From Octopus bimaculoides (lineage: Eukaryota): DNA of 47,831 nt. The translations under genes were made by a program, and so were the position numbers. Of the stretch, positions 36,229-47,831 are shown piece after piece. Each line of letters starts with the position of its first letter. Position 1 is the stretch's first letter. The stretch lies in the NCBI RefSeq assembly GCF_001194135.2, contig NC_068988.1, forward strand, positions 92,693,930 to 92,741,760, given 5' to 3'. The notes under the pieces are model-generated. The model did not search any database. It was given only the letters and a program-made list of their open reading frames with translations, and was not told where the DNA came from.

Positions 36229-37084
36229 CGAGTGGCGTTTGGCAACTGACTGAGTCTTGAAAGTGTTACTTTCTCGGTCAGAACGATGTGGCTGTATATA
36301 TTCTGACCGGTACTCTTCTGTGACCTTGGCTAAGACATCTAACTTAATGCTTTGATTCACCTAGTCTAAAATACTATTCGAAGATACAATTCATCTCGTT
36401 GTGAACTATACTTTACTAAATTTAGCATTAAGGACACTGTAAATGAAATAATTTAACTTTCAGAGCTAAAACACTTCTTTTACAATTCATTTCATTTCAT
36501 TTACTTTCAGAGAAATTTCTTATTAAATTGTTGCACATAGTTGATAACTGATCAGAGTTTGAAGCTATCGAAGCAAATTAGCATACATCAGTCTTGCTTT
36601 AAAATTAACTTCAAGGGTTCTATTGTTTGATTAATAAGCTAATGTCAAACTTTTGAGTCGCTTATACATCACCAATTCTAGATTTTCTTGAACACACGCA
36701 CATACGCGAGCACACACAACAGTCCTTGTAATTCCAGTATTACGTTAAGTACTCAGTAATACTTTAATATTTATTATAATCTCAGAATTTTGTGCCTCAG
36801 TCTGTTTAAGGAATTTAATATCCTACTCGATTCACGCACTTTTCTTCTTATCAAATTATATACCTTGTTTCGGGTTTAAAATCCTGTATTAAATATTTTG
36901 TCTCAATCTTCATCCACAGCCTTACAAATCTTCAAAATTCTCAAAGTACAATTTGCTCACGCTCTTTCTACGGATACCAACGAGCAAAAGTTCAAGAAAT
37001 CCAAGTATCAACTGCATTTGCCCTTCTGCATAGGCTCAAATGAATAACGAACATGTAAAGTCATTAGAGTGTCGGATAGAAAAC

Positions 37085-37150
37085 CTTGCGCTCTGAACTC
37101 AAATTTAGCCGAGGTCATCTTTTCCTTTCATCCGGTCGGGGTCTATAAAA
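37085..37150 (+). mobile_element. SINE type D fragment
   Basis: CTCAAATTTAGCCGAGGTCATCTTTTCCTTTCATCCGGTCGGGGTC. Confidence 0.65.
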
Positions 37151-37929
37151 ACGTTCCATTCGAGGGCGGTCGATTATTAGAACTGTAAGAAAGTTGAATC
37201 GGATGTCTTGCAATATTTGTTTTGGCTCTTTGCACTATGAAGTCAAATCTTGCTTAGGCCTGCTGTGATGGTAGGTTAAGGTTTAAACTCTCATCTGGTC
37301 TTAAATCACCATCTGTCAAATTTGTGTGTCGGTAGTATAGTTCACTCTCTTGTAAAGATTCAGGCCAAGTCCCCGATGTGAGAATACCATCCTCTATCCT
37401 TCCCACCAGATTCAGAGGCCCTGAAAAGGGCCATGGGCACTGCTTTCCCTCCTGACTAAAAGCTTTAAAAATGTATATAAAAGTATTAGGCTAACTCAGC
37501 GAAAGAAATGTCTGCATAACGTTTACGTTCTATTCACTGAGGTAGGTTCCCGGACACAACGATATATTAACGTTATAACACCGCATAATAAATAGAATAT
37601 ACATAAAGCTGAAACCAATCAATAAGTTCAGTCTCTCATCATATCAAATTAGATATTTAGAGAACTGAATGGAAATTGAAGAATAGTTTGGTGACTTATA
37701 GGATGCCGATCAAAAAAAAAAAACAAAAAAAAAACTCTCAAAACCCTTAGCCGTCAATCGCAAGCAACTATGAGTTGGTGGTATGTAACAGGCCTTCGTT
37801 AATTGTTTTAGATGCCTATATATAGCAAGTAGAAACAGACACTTTCTCAGCCCTTCCAACACTGACTCATCCAGTAGATGACAGATGGGGAAGAGAGAGA
37901 AAAAGAGAGAGATGGTGGGGCTCTGGCAG

Positions 37930-38061
37930 TACTTGACGGGTACCTATTTTCAGCTGAAACGAGGTACTTTACTCAAGGACAAAACACGCTGCCCAATCCA
38001 GGAATGGAACCTACTGCCTAATGATCGTGAGCCTAACACCCAAACCATCAGGCCGCGCGAC
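37930..38061 (-). mobile_element. Diverged C-type SINE head
   Basis: Reverse complement of A box, B box and the TTGTCCTTGAGTAAAG CORE-like start. Confidence 0.7.
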
Positions 38062-38575
38062 TTTAAATCCAATCACTTGAGAATAAACAGCATGGTTCAA
38101 TACTCTTCTACTTCTGTCTACGGTTACCAAATATTACTCACAATAAATACCATTTCAAAGACTTCCATTATTTTAATCTGTCACTCGTAAAGCTTAAGAT
38201 TCTGTACGAGTTTAAGTTCGTTTTAATTGTCAATTTAGTTGCTCACTAAAATTTAGGAAAGAATAAAGCGTTACAATTCACCAATGAATATCTGCCATAC
38301 ATTGAACGCAACAATAGGAAGATTGTTTGCAACTTTAACACATATGCTTCTTTATGAATGGTCAAAAATCCCCACTGAATTCTTTCTCGACAATTCTATC
38401 TTCCAGTTTTTTTTGTATACTATTTGCTGCCTAGGATGGAAGAGCTAATCTCATAACTTTTTTAAGCCTATTTGGGATTAATTGTTGGATAATTGGATGA
38501 TATTAGTGTAGTAAGGCTTTTTTTTATTGAACAGAAAACCGTGTTCCTGAAAAGAATTATCGGGAGGAGAAGGAT

Positions 38576-38623
<48 letters not shown>

Positions 38624-38689
38624 AATAACAGCGAGTAATTGAAGTTATTTTTTAATACTTTGTAATAGGCAATAAAGCAACGGATAAGC

Positions 38690-38815
38690 AGAGTTACTAG
38701 AGCATCGGATAGAACACTTTGCGTTAATTGTTCTGGCTTTCTACTCTCTGAGTTCAAATCCCGCCACATTCGACTTTTCCTTACTCCCTTTGGTGTTGAT
38801 AAATGAAATACCATT
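38690..38815 (+). mobile_element. SINE type D fragment
   Basis: CTCTGAGTTCAAATCCCGCC...GACTTTTCCTTACTCCCTTTGGTGTTGATAAA. Confidence 0.7.
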
Positions 38816-39562
38816 CCACTGCTAGCATTGATTCATCTTCTCTGTTCTTCTTCCTTCTGTCTGGAAGAAACTGGATATTGTCCCGGAACGGTATGAGATC
38901 CACAAAAATTAAAACGCCCAAGACGTTTTAATCTTACCCATACAACTTCATTTGAAGTTTAGGGGCCGAAAGAAGAGATAGGCAATCTACAAAAGCGTAA
39001 ATCATTTTCATAAATCAGAAGGCCAATAAAATAAAGCGGCTTATTTGATCAACCCATAAAAAAAAAAGCAAAAGTTGATCTAGAGAGATTTGAACTCAAA
39101 ATTTAAAGGGTTCAACTAAATAGTACGTTAGCCACTTAATTAACCTCTCCTAAAAAAAGAAATGTAAAGATTAAGGAATTTAAATTGTAAAAGATTTTGG
39201 TTGTGTCACAGGCAAGTATGTTCTGTTCTGGGCGGCTGACTTAAACCGTCGCTCAGTTTAACATCAGTACTTGACACCTTGAGTATCTTTAGAGGAAGCC
39301 ACTCTGCTGACATTCGGGCATGTTTCAGATCTGCGGATAACATCTCCTTTTCTTTTTACTACTCATTGAGGCCCTTCAAAAAACCGGGGCACTGCCTTCA
39401 CCCCTGACTGTAATATATTTTTTAAAATGCTCTCACAACAATTATAACGTTATCATATATATCAAAGGACAATCCCACTAAAAACAAAACAAAAAACAAA
39501 CTAATCCTAATGGGTAGTTGAAATATAAATTCTCCCATCACTTTAGCTTATTCACTTATCAT

Positions 39563-40555
39563 CTTAACACTCAAGTGAAGTTATGTTGGACTCACAAGCA
39601 TCTTAACCCCTAAAAGGGAGATACAACATAGAAATGGGGGTGTACTTCACTTAGATATTTCTTAACTCCATAGAGGGAGTTATACTTACTTTTGAGTTCC
39701 CTTAACCTTAGAGATAAAAGTGTACCTCACCTTGAGATCTCTTCGCCCTATAGATAGAGGTGTGCCTCCCCAAGAGATTCCTTAACCCTATGGATAGAGA
39801 CCTGTATCTCGTACTTGTACTTGAGGCGGAAATTCACTCGGAATGGATTGAACCGGCTCCGACCAACGAGTTCACCACTTTCCGCATAAATGTTGAGTAC
39901 CTCTGACAAATTCCTCACTAGGAAAGCAAGCGCGTCGGATTGCGCGGAACCCGTGGTCGTAGTCGTCGTTGGCTCTTGAGGTGCAGAGTTCATTTTCGGA
40001 GATTCAGTGGGAATACAAATTCACATGTGGCCATCGGTCATATGCATACAGACCTTTGGATACTGTGATCCGTAGCAGCTCATCTTGCCGTCGATTGTTG
40101 ACCGTCGCAGAGGATTCGCTGACCAAGTCACCGCCGATTATCGGAACAGGTGTAACCTGGGTTTGAAGCGGGTTTAAGAGACATGCTTTAAGAAAATCCA
40201 AGGGATGCCTCACTCTCAGTGTCGGGCACCAACACGGAATTTCTGTCCATGTTATTGCTCGATAGTCGTTGAATCTACATTATGTTCGTCCGCCCTTTTG
40301 ATGTCTTGCTTTTAGTCCTGCTGGGTTTCTAGCATTCCTCCTCACCAGACAAGCCTAGTGGATGGGACGTGCTGGTTTAGTAGCCGACAACCTGACCATG
40401 CAACAAATTGTACTGGTTTCCATATTATCAGTAGCACTCATGAGAGACCTCACGTGACTTCACATCTGCCTCTCGTAGAGATCCCTTAAATCTATAGATA
40501 GAAATGTATATCAACTTGAAATCTTTCATCTTTGTAGATAGAGCTGTACGTCTAA
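39563..40555 (+). repeat. Old 40-bp minisatellite split by an insertion
   Basis: Units start at 39661, 39701, 39741, 39781, 40485 and 40525; approximate consensus CTTAACCCTATAGATAGAGGTGTACCTCACCTTGAGATTC. Confidence 0.8.
39804..40442 (-). mobile_element. GC/CpG-richer insert, possibly a LINE 5' UTR + decayed ORF1 start
   Basis: Flanked by AGAGACCT at 39796-39803 and 40443-40450. The minus strand has a leader, then MDRNSVLVPDTESEASL and broken reading frames. Family assignment is inference only. Confidence 0.4.
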
Positions 40556-41385
40556 GCAACAACATACAAGAAAAGATAACTCCATTGTTTTTATATGATA
40601 CACACACCTGCCTGTCGAGGCCAAGCATTATACAAAGTAACGGTAAATAAATATTTCTTTACCACTTCGATCACTGTTCGTTCATCTTGCACATCTGCAA
40701 CAGCAGCACTCGTTACAGTCGCTAACTGCCAACTCCGATATATATAATAATGCATATCGTTACATTTGTAACCAACACCTTAAAAACAACCGTTACAATT
40801 GGTGACCATCGATGGCAACGAAGAGCTAACCGTTACACACACACACACACACACACACANNNNNNNNNNNNNNNNNNNNNNNNNNNNNNNNNNNNNNNNN
40901 NNNNNNNNNNNNNNNNNNNNNNNNNNNNNNNNNNNNNNNNNNNNNNNNNNNNNNNNNNNNNNNNNNNNNNNNNNNNNNNNNNNNNNNNNNNNNNNNNNNN
41001 NNNNNNNNNNNNNNNNNNNNNNNNNNNNNNNNNNNNNNNNNNNNNNNNNNNNNNNNNNNNNNNNNNNNNNNNNNNNNNNNNNNNNNNNNNNNNNNNNNNN
41101 NNNNNNNNNNNNNNNNNNNNNNNNNNNNNNNNNNNNNNNNNNNNNNNNNNNNNNNNNNNNNNNNNNNNNNNNNNNNNNNNNNNNNNNNNNNNNNNNNNNN
41201 NNNNNNNNNNNNNNNNNNNNNNNNNNNNNNNNNNNNNNNNNNNNNNNNNNNNNNNNNNNNNNNNNNNNNNNNNNNNNNNNNNNNNNNNNNNNNNNNNNNN
41301 NNNNNNNNNNNNNNNNNNNNNNNNNNNNNNNNNNNNNNNNNNNNNNNNNNNNNNNNNNNNNNNNNNNNNNNNNNNNNNNNNNNNN

Positions 41386-41440
<55 letters not shown>

Positions 41441-41444
41441 TAGG

Positions 41445-41615
41445 CGACGGGCTTCTTTCAGTTTCTGCCTACCAAATCCATTCACAAGGCTTTCATTAAT
41501 CCGGAGCTGTAGTAGAAGATATATGCCCAAGGTACTACGCAGTATGCTGTGGAACTGAACCCGATAACATGTGGCTGGAAAGTAAAGTTTTTTACCACAC
41601 AGCCATGCCTGCGCC
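41445..41615 (-). mobile_element. SINE type A 5' part
   Basis: Head and middle align to the type-A consensus. Confidence 0.85.
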
Positions 41616-42109
41616 TGAAGTTTTTGTTTTTTAAATAGAGGTGTACCTCTTTATAGATTTCCCCCCCTGTCTTCATAAACTGAAATGTACCTCGTCGAGG
41701 AATACTCGAAAAAAACAAAACAAAAAAAAAAACGAAAAAACAAATGAGAAGTTAGTTTCATTATTTGTCGGGTAGGAATGATTAACAGTATAGCAATTAT
41801 TGATATAAAATTCTTGTCAGTAACAGCAGAAACAATCTCCACATCAAACAATAACCGCAGTAGCGTCAGCAAAGGTAATGATTGAAATTACTTGGGGTGG
41901 GTGGGTACCAAATTTTGTCCAATCCATTCAGCTAAAAGCTTTGACTCCCACCTCACCGATTCAGTTCGATACATAATTCAGCAGATCGATGGAAAATATT
42001 ACATTTTATATGCTGTTCCTATTAATCAACCGCGATCACAGCTCTTATCGTCTGTCGAACAATAAACTACTTTTTTCTGCTTGTTTATTTTTATTTTTTT
42101 CTCTCATCT

Positions 42110-42154
42110 GTGTTTTCTTTCTTTCCTTCTTTCCTACTTTCTTTCTTTCTTTTT

Positions 42155-42185
<31 letters not shown>

Positions 42186-42204
42186 ATTTCTTTCTTTCTT
42201 TCCT

Positions 42205-42238
<34 letters not shown>

Positions 42239-42304
42239 TTTCTTTCTTTCTTTCTTCCTTTCTTTCTTCCTTTCTTTCTTTCTTTCTTTCTTTCTTCCTT
42301 CCCT

Positions 42305-42340
<36 letters not shown>

Positions 42341-42344
42341 TATT

Positions 42345-42386
<42 letters not shown>

Positions 42387-42473
42387 CTTCTTTCCTTCTT
42401 TCTTTCTTTCTTTCTTTCTTCCTTCCTTTCTTTCTTTCTTTCTTCCTTCCTTTCTTTCTTTCTTTCTTCCTTC

Positions 42474-42554
<81 letters not shown>

Positions 42555-42700
42555 CCCCGTTCTTTTTCCTTCGTTTTTCTTTCTCTAACCCGTTTTTTCT
42601 CTTTTCTTCTTTCTTTCATCCTTTTTCCGTTTCTCTCCCGTTCTTTGTCTCTTTTCTTCCTTCCCTCCCTCCCTCCTTTCCTTCCTTCCTTCCTTCCTGG
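42110..42700 (+). repeat. (TTTC)n/(TTCC)n polypyrimidine tract
   Basis: Direct reading; source of the FLS/KER-repeat ORFs. Confidence 0.97.
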
Positions 42701-42854
42701 TCATCGCATCTTATCAATTATTTACCTCCATCAACTGTCACTACAGTCACACAACCCTCTTCCCGCCTCTATTCTTTCGTATTCAATCCATTTCCACGGT
42801 CGCAGTCACCTCCGACCCTATCAACCACCTCTCAACTGTTATTAGCCTCACTTT

Positions 42855-43197
42855 ACCACCACCACAACCACAACCACCGCCTCCACCTCTACCACCGCCT
42901 CCGCCTCTACCACCGCCTCCGCCTCTGCCGCCGCCTCTGCCGCCGCCTCTGCCGCCGCCTCTGCCGCCGCCTCTGCCGCCGCCACCGCCGCCGCCAGACT
43001 TACCGCTCAATATTTCTACCTGGAGGAAGCCAATTGTTTTACCTTTAAAATGTCACCACTTTTCAGCAATATCCTCCTCCTCCTCCTCCGCCGCCGCCAC
43101 CGCTGCCGCCGCCGCCACCGCTGCCGCCGCCGCCGCCTCCACTTCCCCGTCGTCATCGTCGTCGTCGTCGTCACCACCACCACCACCACCACCACCT
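42855..43197 (+). repeat. GC-rich (CCG/CCA)n tract with 12-bp CCGCCGCCTCTG units
   Basis: Direct reading. Confidence 0.9.
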
Positions 43198-43527
43198 TAA
43201 CGCCATCTGACTCCCTTGACTGTCTTTAACGGAGTCAACTCTGTTGTGGGCATTCAGGTAAAGTCTCCGGTCAGAAGATACCTTACTTCCTTCTTTGCTT
43301 GCTTCCCTCCTTTCTTGCTTCCTCCCCCCCTTCATCCTCCCCCCTTCTACAAGTCTCAGAAATCAAGGTCACTGCCCTTCCTGTTCTGACCAAATGATCA
43401 ATAAATTAAAGATCAATTAATAAAAGCAAACACATTAAAAAGACTTTAGGCGTCAATTTATCAACAAGATGACGTAATACATTGTTGCATGGTCCAAACT
43501 ACAGTTCTAGAAGGCCTCGAGTATATT

Positions 43528-44158
43528 GCTGAATGCCTTTATGGATGGGTTAACAACCTATTAAAGTGTTGATTGGGTTTATAAATGGCTCAGCGCTCTG
43601 TTAGTGTTGATAGGGTTTATAGGAAGATTAACATCCCAACAAAGTATTGATTGCGTTTGTAGATGGTTTAACGCTCAAACATTTGTTGAATGGGTTAATA
43701 AATGGATAAACTCTCTAGCATAAAGTTAAACGGGTTCATAGATGAGCTAACGCTTTATTAAAGTGATGAATGGGTTCACATATAGGACAATGCTCTATTA
43801 AAATGTTGAATGAGTTTATAGATCGGTACATAATATATAGTTGGATGGGCTTATAGATGGGTTAACATACCTGTGTTAGTAGGGTTAATAATCTATTGGA
43901 CTGCTGAATGGATTTATAGATAGGCAAATGCTCTAGTGGAGTGTTGAATGGATTTAGAAATGAGTACATACTCTAGTATGTTGTTGAATAGGTTTACAGA
44001 TGGGTTAACACTACTAAAGTGTTGAATGGGTCCAGAGATGGGCTAATGCTGTAGCATATTGATGAATAGGTCTATAGATAGGTTCACACTGCTAAAGTGT
44101 TGAATGGGTTCAGAGATGGTCTAATATTCTAGTATGTTATTGAACGGGTTCATAGATA
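43528..44158 (+). repeat. Diverged ~40-bp minisatellite, about 17 units
   Basis: GTTGAATGGG-like anchors at 43528, 43568, 43606, 43646, 43685, 43725, 43765, 43805, 43840, (43875), 43903, 43943, 43983, 44021, 44061, 44099 and 44139. Confidence 0.9.
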
Positions 44159-44464
44159 TGTCTTTGTATTGTACAGCAATGTAAGAAAGCACCGTCTGAT
44201 GCAAGTTCTCTGAAGTGCCAATCTCATGTCATCAACCGCAAGTATTGCAAAACTGATCGCATATAATCATTTATGCGCGATGGCGTTAAAATTGGAGGGG
44301 TACTGAAACAGTTGTAACTAGTAAAAAAGATGTACAACATTCACTCTTCATCTTCATATTTGGTTTATAAGTTACTCTTCATAATGACCTACACATTGGT
44401 TTCACCGGTGATATGCCCGAATTAATACATCAGCGGACGTTCAATTTTCCGGGAGACTCCAATA

Positions 44465-44514
44465 CAAAGCCTTGTGAGTGGATTTGGTAGACGGAAACTG
44501 AAAGAAGCCCATCG

Positions 44515-44576
<62 letters not shown>

Positions 44577-44772
44577 TCCCCCCGACATCGCTTGACAACC
44601 GATGCTGGTGTGTTTACGTCCCCGTAACCTAGCGGTTCGGCAAAAAGAGAACGATAGAATAAGTACTAGGCTTACAAAGAATAAGTCCTGGGGTCGATTT
44701 GCTCGACTAAAGGCGGTGCTCCAGCATGGCCGCAGTCAAATGACTGAAACAAGTAAAAGAGTAAAAAGAGTA
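44465..44772 (+). mobile_element. SINE type A, 5'-truncated, low divergence
   Basis: Near identity to 27310-27594. Confidence 0.95.
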
Positions 44773-44930
44773 AACAAACAAACAAAATTCCCACAAATGG
44801 TTTCAATACAGTTTTAAAAGAAGAATTTGGAAGAATTAGATGAAAGTTCACCGGTAATTTTCTTTCATGTAAATAAATGTTTATTAAAAAATTTGCCAGC
44901 AAAATCTTATAAAATGACAATGTTCTAAAA

Positions 44931-45271
44931 CAGGGGTTTTCAAACTGTGGTCCGCGGACCACAGGGGGTCCGCAAGGACAAGACAGGGGGTCCGCAAGGA
45001 CAAGACAGGGGGTCCGCAAGGACAAGACAGGGGGTCCGTGGACAGCAAATACTTTTTATGGGCAATTTGATTTTATATATGTTTTTTAATCGAAATCTTT
45101 TAATTGACAATAAACCTATTTGTTAAATACTGTTAAATAAATAAATGTAAAAATATATGTTATTTTAAGCAAATATTTATGTATAAATTTCATAAGCGTT
45201 TATAAGGGGGTCCCTAAGGTAAAGCCCGAAATATAAAGGGGTCCGCAAGTCAAAAAGTTTGAAAACCCCTG
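44931..45271. mobile_element. Intact hAT MITE
   Basis: Perfect 16-bp TIRs CAGGGGTTTTCAAACT / AGTTTGAAAACCCCTG and a perfect 8-bp TSD TTCTAAAA (44923-44930, 45272-45279). Confidence 0.97.
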
Positions 45272-45716
45272 TTCTAAAAGATGTAGATGTTTATATGTTA
45301 TATATGAAAATAAAAAGACTTAAGTTCTTGGAAAGAAAAATTTAAAAAATGTTGGAACTAGCAAGAAGTCCTAACCCTGTCCAACGATGTCTTAGCAGCA
45401 TTATAGACTCCAAGACAAATCAAAGCACTGGGCCTGATATTATTTATTGACAACAAGTCACAGCACACATGCATCAGAATTGGACCCCTAGATCCAAGAG
45501 GCCCTCGAGCAACAGAGATGTATGTCCATGCCTTAAGACGGCACTCACCCTGTAGTGGACCATCTAAATCAAGTTAACGAGTATACTCATGTCCTAACTC
45601 AGTCTAAGCCTAGCGCTGTGTTTCTTTGTACCAGGAAGCCAGCAGGTGTGATATACATAAGTCGTAAAAGAATGCTCAAGTCACAAGTAGCCTGGAATTG
45701 TAGTTTAACCCTTAAA

Positions 45717-45979
45717 ATAAAATAAATGCGCCCTTTTATTAAAGCCTAGCCAGGTTCATAGGCCCGGTTTCCCGGTTTCAATGGCGTATGTGTTCCCCAG
45801 CTGGACGGGACACCAATCCATCGCAGCGTTACTCATTTTTGCTAGCTGGGTGGACTGGAGCAACGTGAAATGAAGTGTTTTGCTCAAGGACACAACGCGT
45901 CGCCCGGTCCAGGAATCGAAACCACGATCTTATGATCATGATGCTGACACCCTAACCACTAAGCCACGCGCCTCCACAT
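45717..45979 (-). mobile_element. SINE type C with 14-bp TSD
   Basis: Reverse complement of 3571-3825; GTTTAACCCTTAAA at 45703-45716 and 45980-45993. Confidence 0.95.
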
Positions 45980-45985
45980 GTTTAA

Positions 45986-46189
45986 CCCTTAAACATACTC
46001 CATTAAATGTAATACTTATTTATTCACATGGTTTTGAATTTATCATGCATTATCTCGTAGCTTCAAGATTTCGATGATGTGGTTGTTCATTTTGTTTATT
46101 TTATGGTGTAAGAGACCAAATCAAGCCAGTTTGAACGAAAAACAGTTAAAATATTTGGGTCGGATAAAGCCTGTTTAAACACTAAAGGT
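45986..46189. mobile_element. piggyBac-type MITE
   Basis: TTAA at 45982-45985 and 46190-46193; imperfect ends CCCTTAAACAT / ACACTAAAGGT. Confidence 0.7.
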
Positions 46190-46819
46190 TTAAAAATATG
46201 TTGCTTATCACTAGATTCCGATATTAAAGTTGGCCTGTTCCCGGGACTCAATATGTAACATAATTAATAAAAGTTTACGGTTTCTTTACCTTATTTCTCA
46301 TAGATAATGAATAAGTGTAGGGAGCTTGTTCTAATTCTTTAAACTGTTTTGAAGTTCATTGTCCTATTATAGGTGGGAAAAGGATGAACAGGGACAAGAA
46401 TGCGCTGTATACAAAAGAAAAATCTAGGCTATAAAAACGTTCGTCATACAAGTAAGTGTAACTTTTAACTATGTTACCTATAATTTGAAGGTCGTCCCAG
46501 TTTGAGCTTAGCATTTTGTAAAACATTTTAACTCTGAAAAATGATTACAACAGGTAAGAAGTGAAACTTCTTTGCGTTAAGATTCATTGCTATTATTGTC
46601 AACAATGATGACGTCATTATTATCAACAACGACAACTTTAAGAAGTTAACATCAGTCGGTGTCAGTGTACAGAAACAAGTTTCTTTTGTAAAGCAATTGC
46701 ATGTGTGTGTGGATGTGTGTGTGTGTGTGTGTGTGGATGTGTGTGTGTGTGTGCGTGCTTACTGACTTCTATATATTTGGTGTATTAATGTTTGGAATCT
46801 TTGTGACATGAGTAACTAA

Positions 46820-47170
46820 TGACAGAAATGGCAGTGCTGGTGGTAATGGTGGTGGTGGTGTTAGTAGTTTAGTAGTAGTAGTAGAGGCGGCGGTGGTGTT
46901 AATGACGGTGGCGGTGGTAGTGGTGGTGGTGGTAGTGGTGGTGGTGGTATGCGTCTAGGGAGGATAATACATGACGGTGTTAATTGGTAGAAGTGTGGTG
47001 GTGTACATGTGTGTGTGTATGATGGTATAATGTTGATAATGATGTCGGTGGCGGTGGTGGTGGTGGTGGTGGTGGTGGTTACGGCAGTAGAGGTGATGGC
47101 GACTGTGGTGGTGATGCTGCTGCTGGGAAATATCCAGAACTTGTTATTGGTGCTGTCGCTGTTGCTGTCG
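46820..47170 (+). repeat. (GGT/AGT)n low-complexity tract
   Basis: Direct reading. Confidence 0.85.
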
Positions 47171-47772
47171 TCTGCCATATAACAAGTAAATACTGTTTAA
47201 AATGAATGAATGAAAATGAATGAAAACCTTGCTATTTCTTATATTTTTTTCATTTATTTTTGTCTTTATATCTCTATTTTGCTTTCCACTTTCACAGCAA
47301 TCGTTTCCAAATATCAAAATTGTCAACATGCGCCATTACCCAGTAAAAATTATTTAATAAACGCATTCAGACTTACAGCAGCGGTTAACTGGTTAAACAA
47401 CGGACTGACACTTTCCATTATTATGTAGTCGTAGTTTTTATTTGATTCCATGTCTAACCAAGCACAACTCACTTCTCTTATAGTGTCCTGACTCACCTAT
47501 TGTCTGTCACTGAACCTAATAACACTGGACGACTGCTGTCCGTCCGCTTCATTCGTTGTCGGTGTATATATACACCATCCACGACAGAATATACGCCGAC
47601 AATAGCGAAGTGGGGGGGGGGGATATTTTAGCCAAATACCCATTCTTTCGGCTGCTCGTAACACGGTTTATATTATGTATTGAATAAAAATTTGGGAATA
47701 TTTTCTCTGAGCACCACTCCTCATTAGACACACACAAACACATACACTTATACATGTACAAATACTTGCGCA

Positions 47773-47831
<59 letters not shown>

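Noticed and set aside
42783-43010. Minus-strand RGG-box-like ORF
   Set aside because: Translation of a GC-rich simple repeat.

Overview
Eukaryotic, AT-rich, repeat-dominated DNA with no confidently identifiable host gene. The SINE repertoire and microsatellite load suggest an octopus/cephalopod draft genome; this is recognition-based and was not checked by search. About 6.3 kb (~13%) is N, in 15 gaps, mostly flanked by microsatellites. Most long ORFs in the supplied track are gap or simple-repeat artefacts. Identifiable content: four tRNA-derived SINE types (labelled A-D here) with swapped modules; hAT, mariner and piggyBac-type MITEs with readable TIRs/TSDs; and decayed coding remnants of a mariner transposase, a Helitron (PIF1 helicase plus Rep N-region), two L1/Tx1 LINE 3' ends and a Penelope-type GIY-YIG. 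There are also several old minisatellites and a 106-bp inverted repeat. The most interesting signals are (i) two type-I hammerhead-ribozyme-like folds with variant cores (10450-10508, 26037-26073), (ii) a Tx1 LINE sitting inside an (ATT)n tract, (iii) an old 40-bp minisatellite split by a 640-bp insert with an 8-bp direct repeat, and (iv) fold-back structures that could be dsRNA/ADAR substrates. No CRISPR array, rRNA or true tRNA is supported, and there is no strong evidence for a wholly new system.
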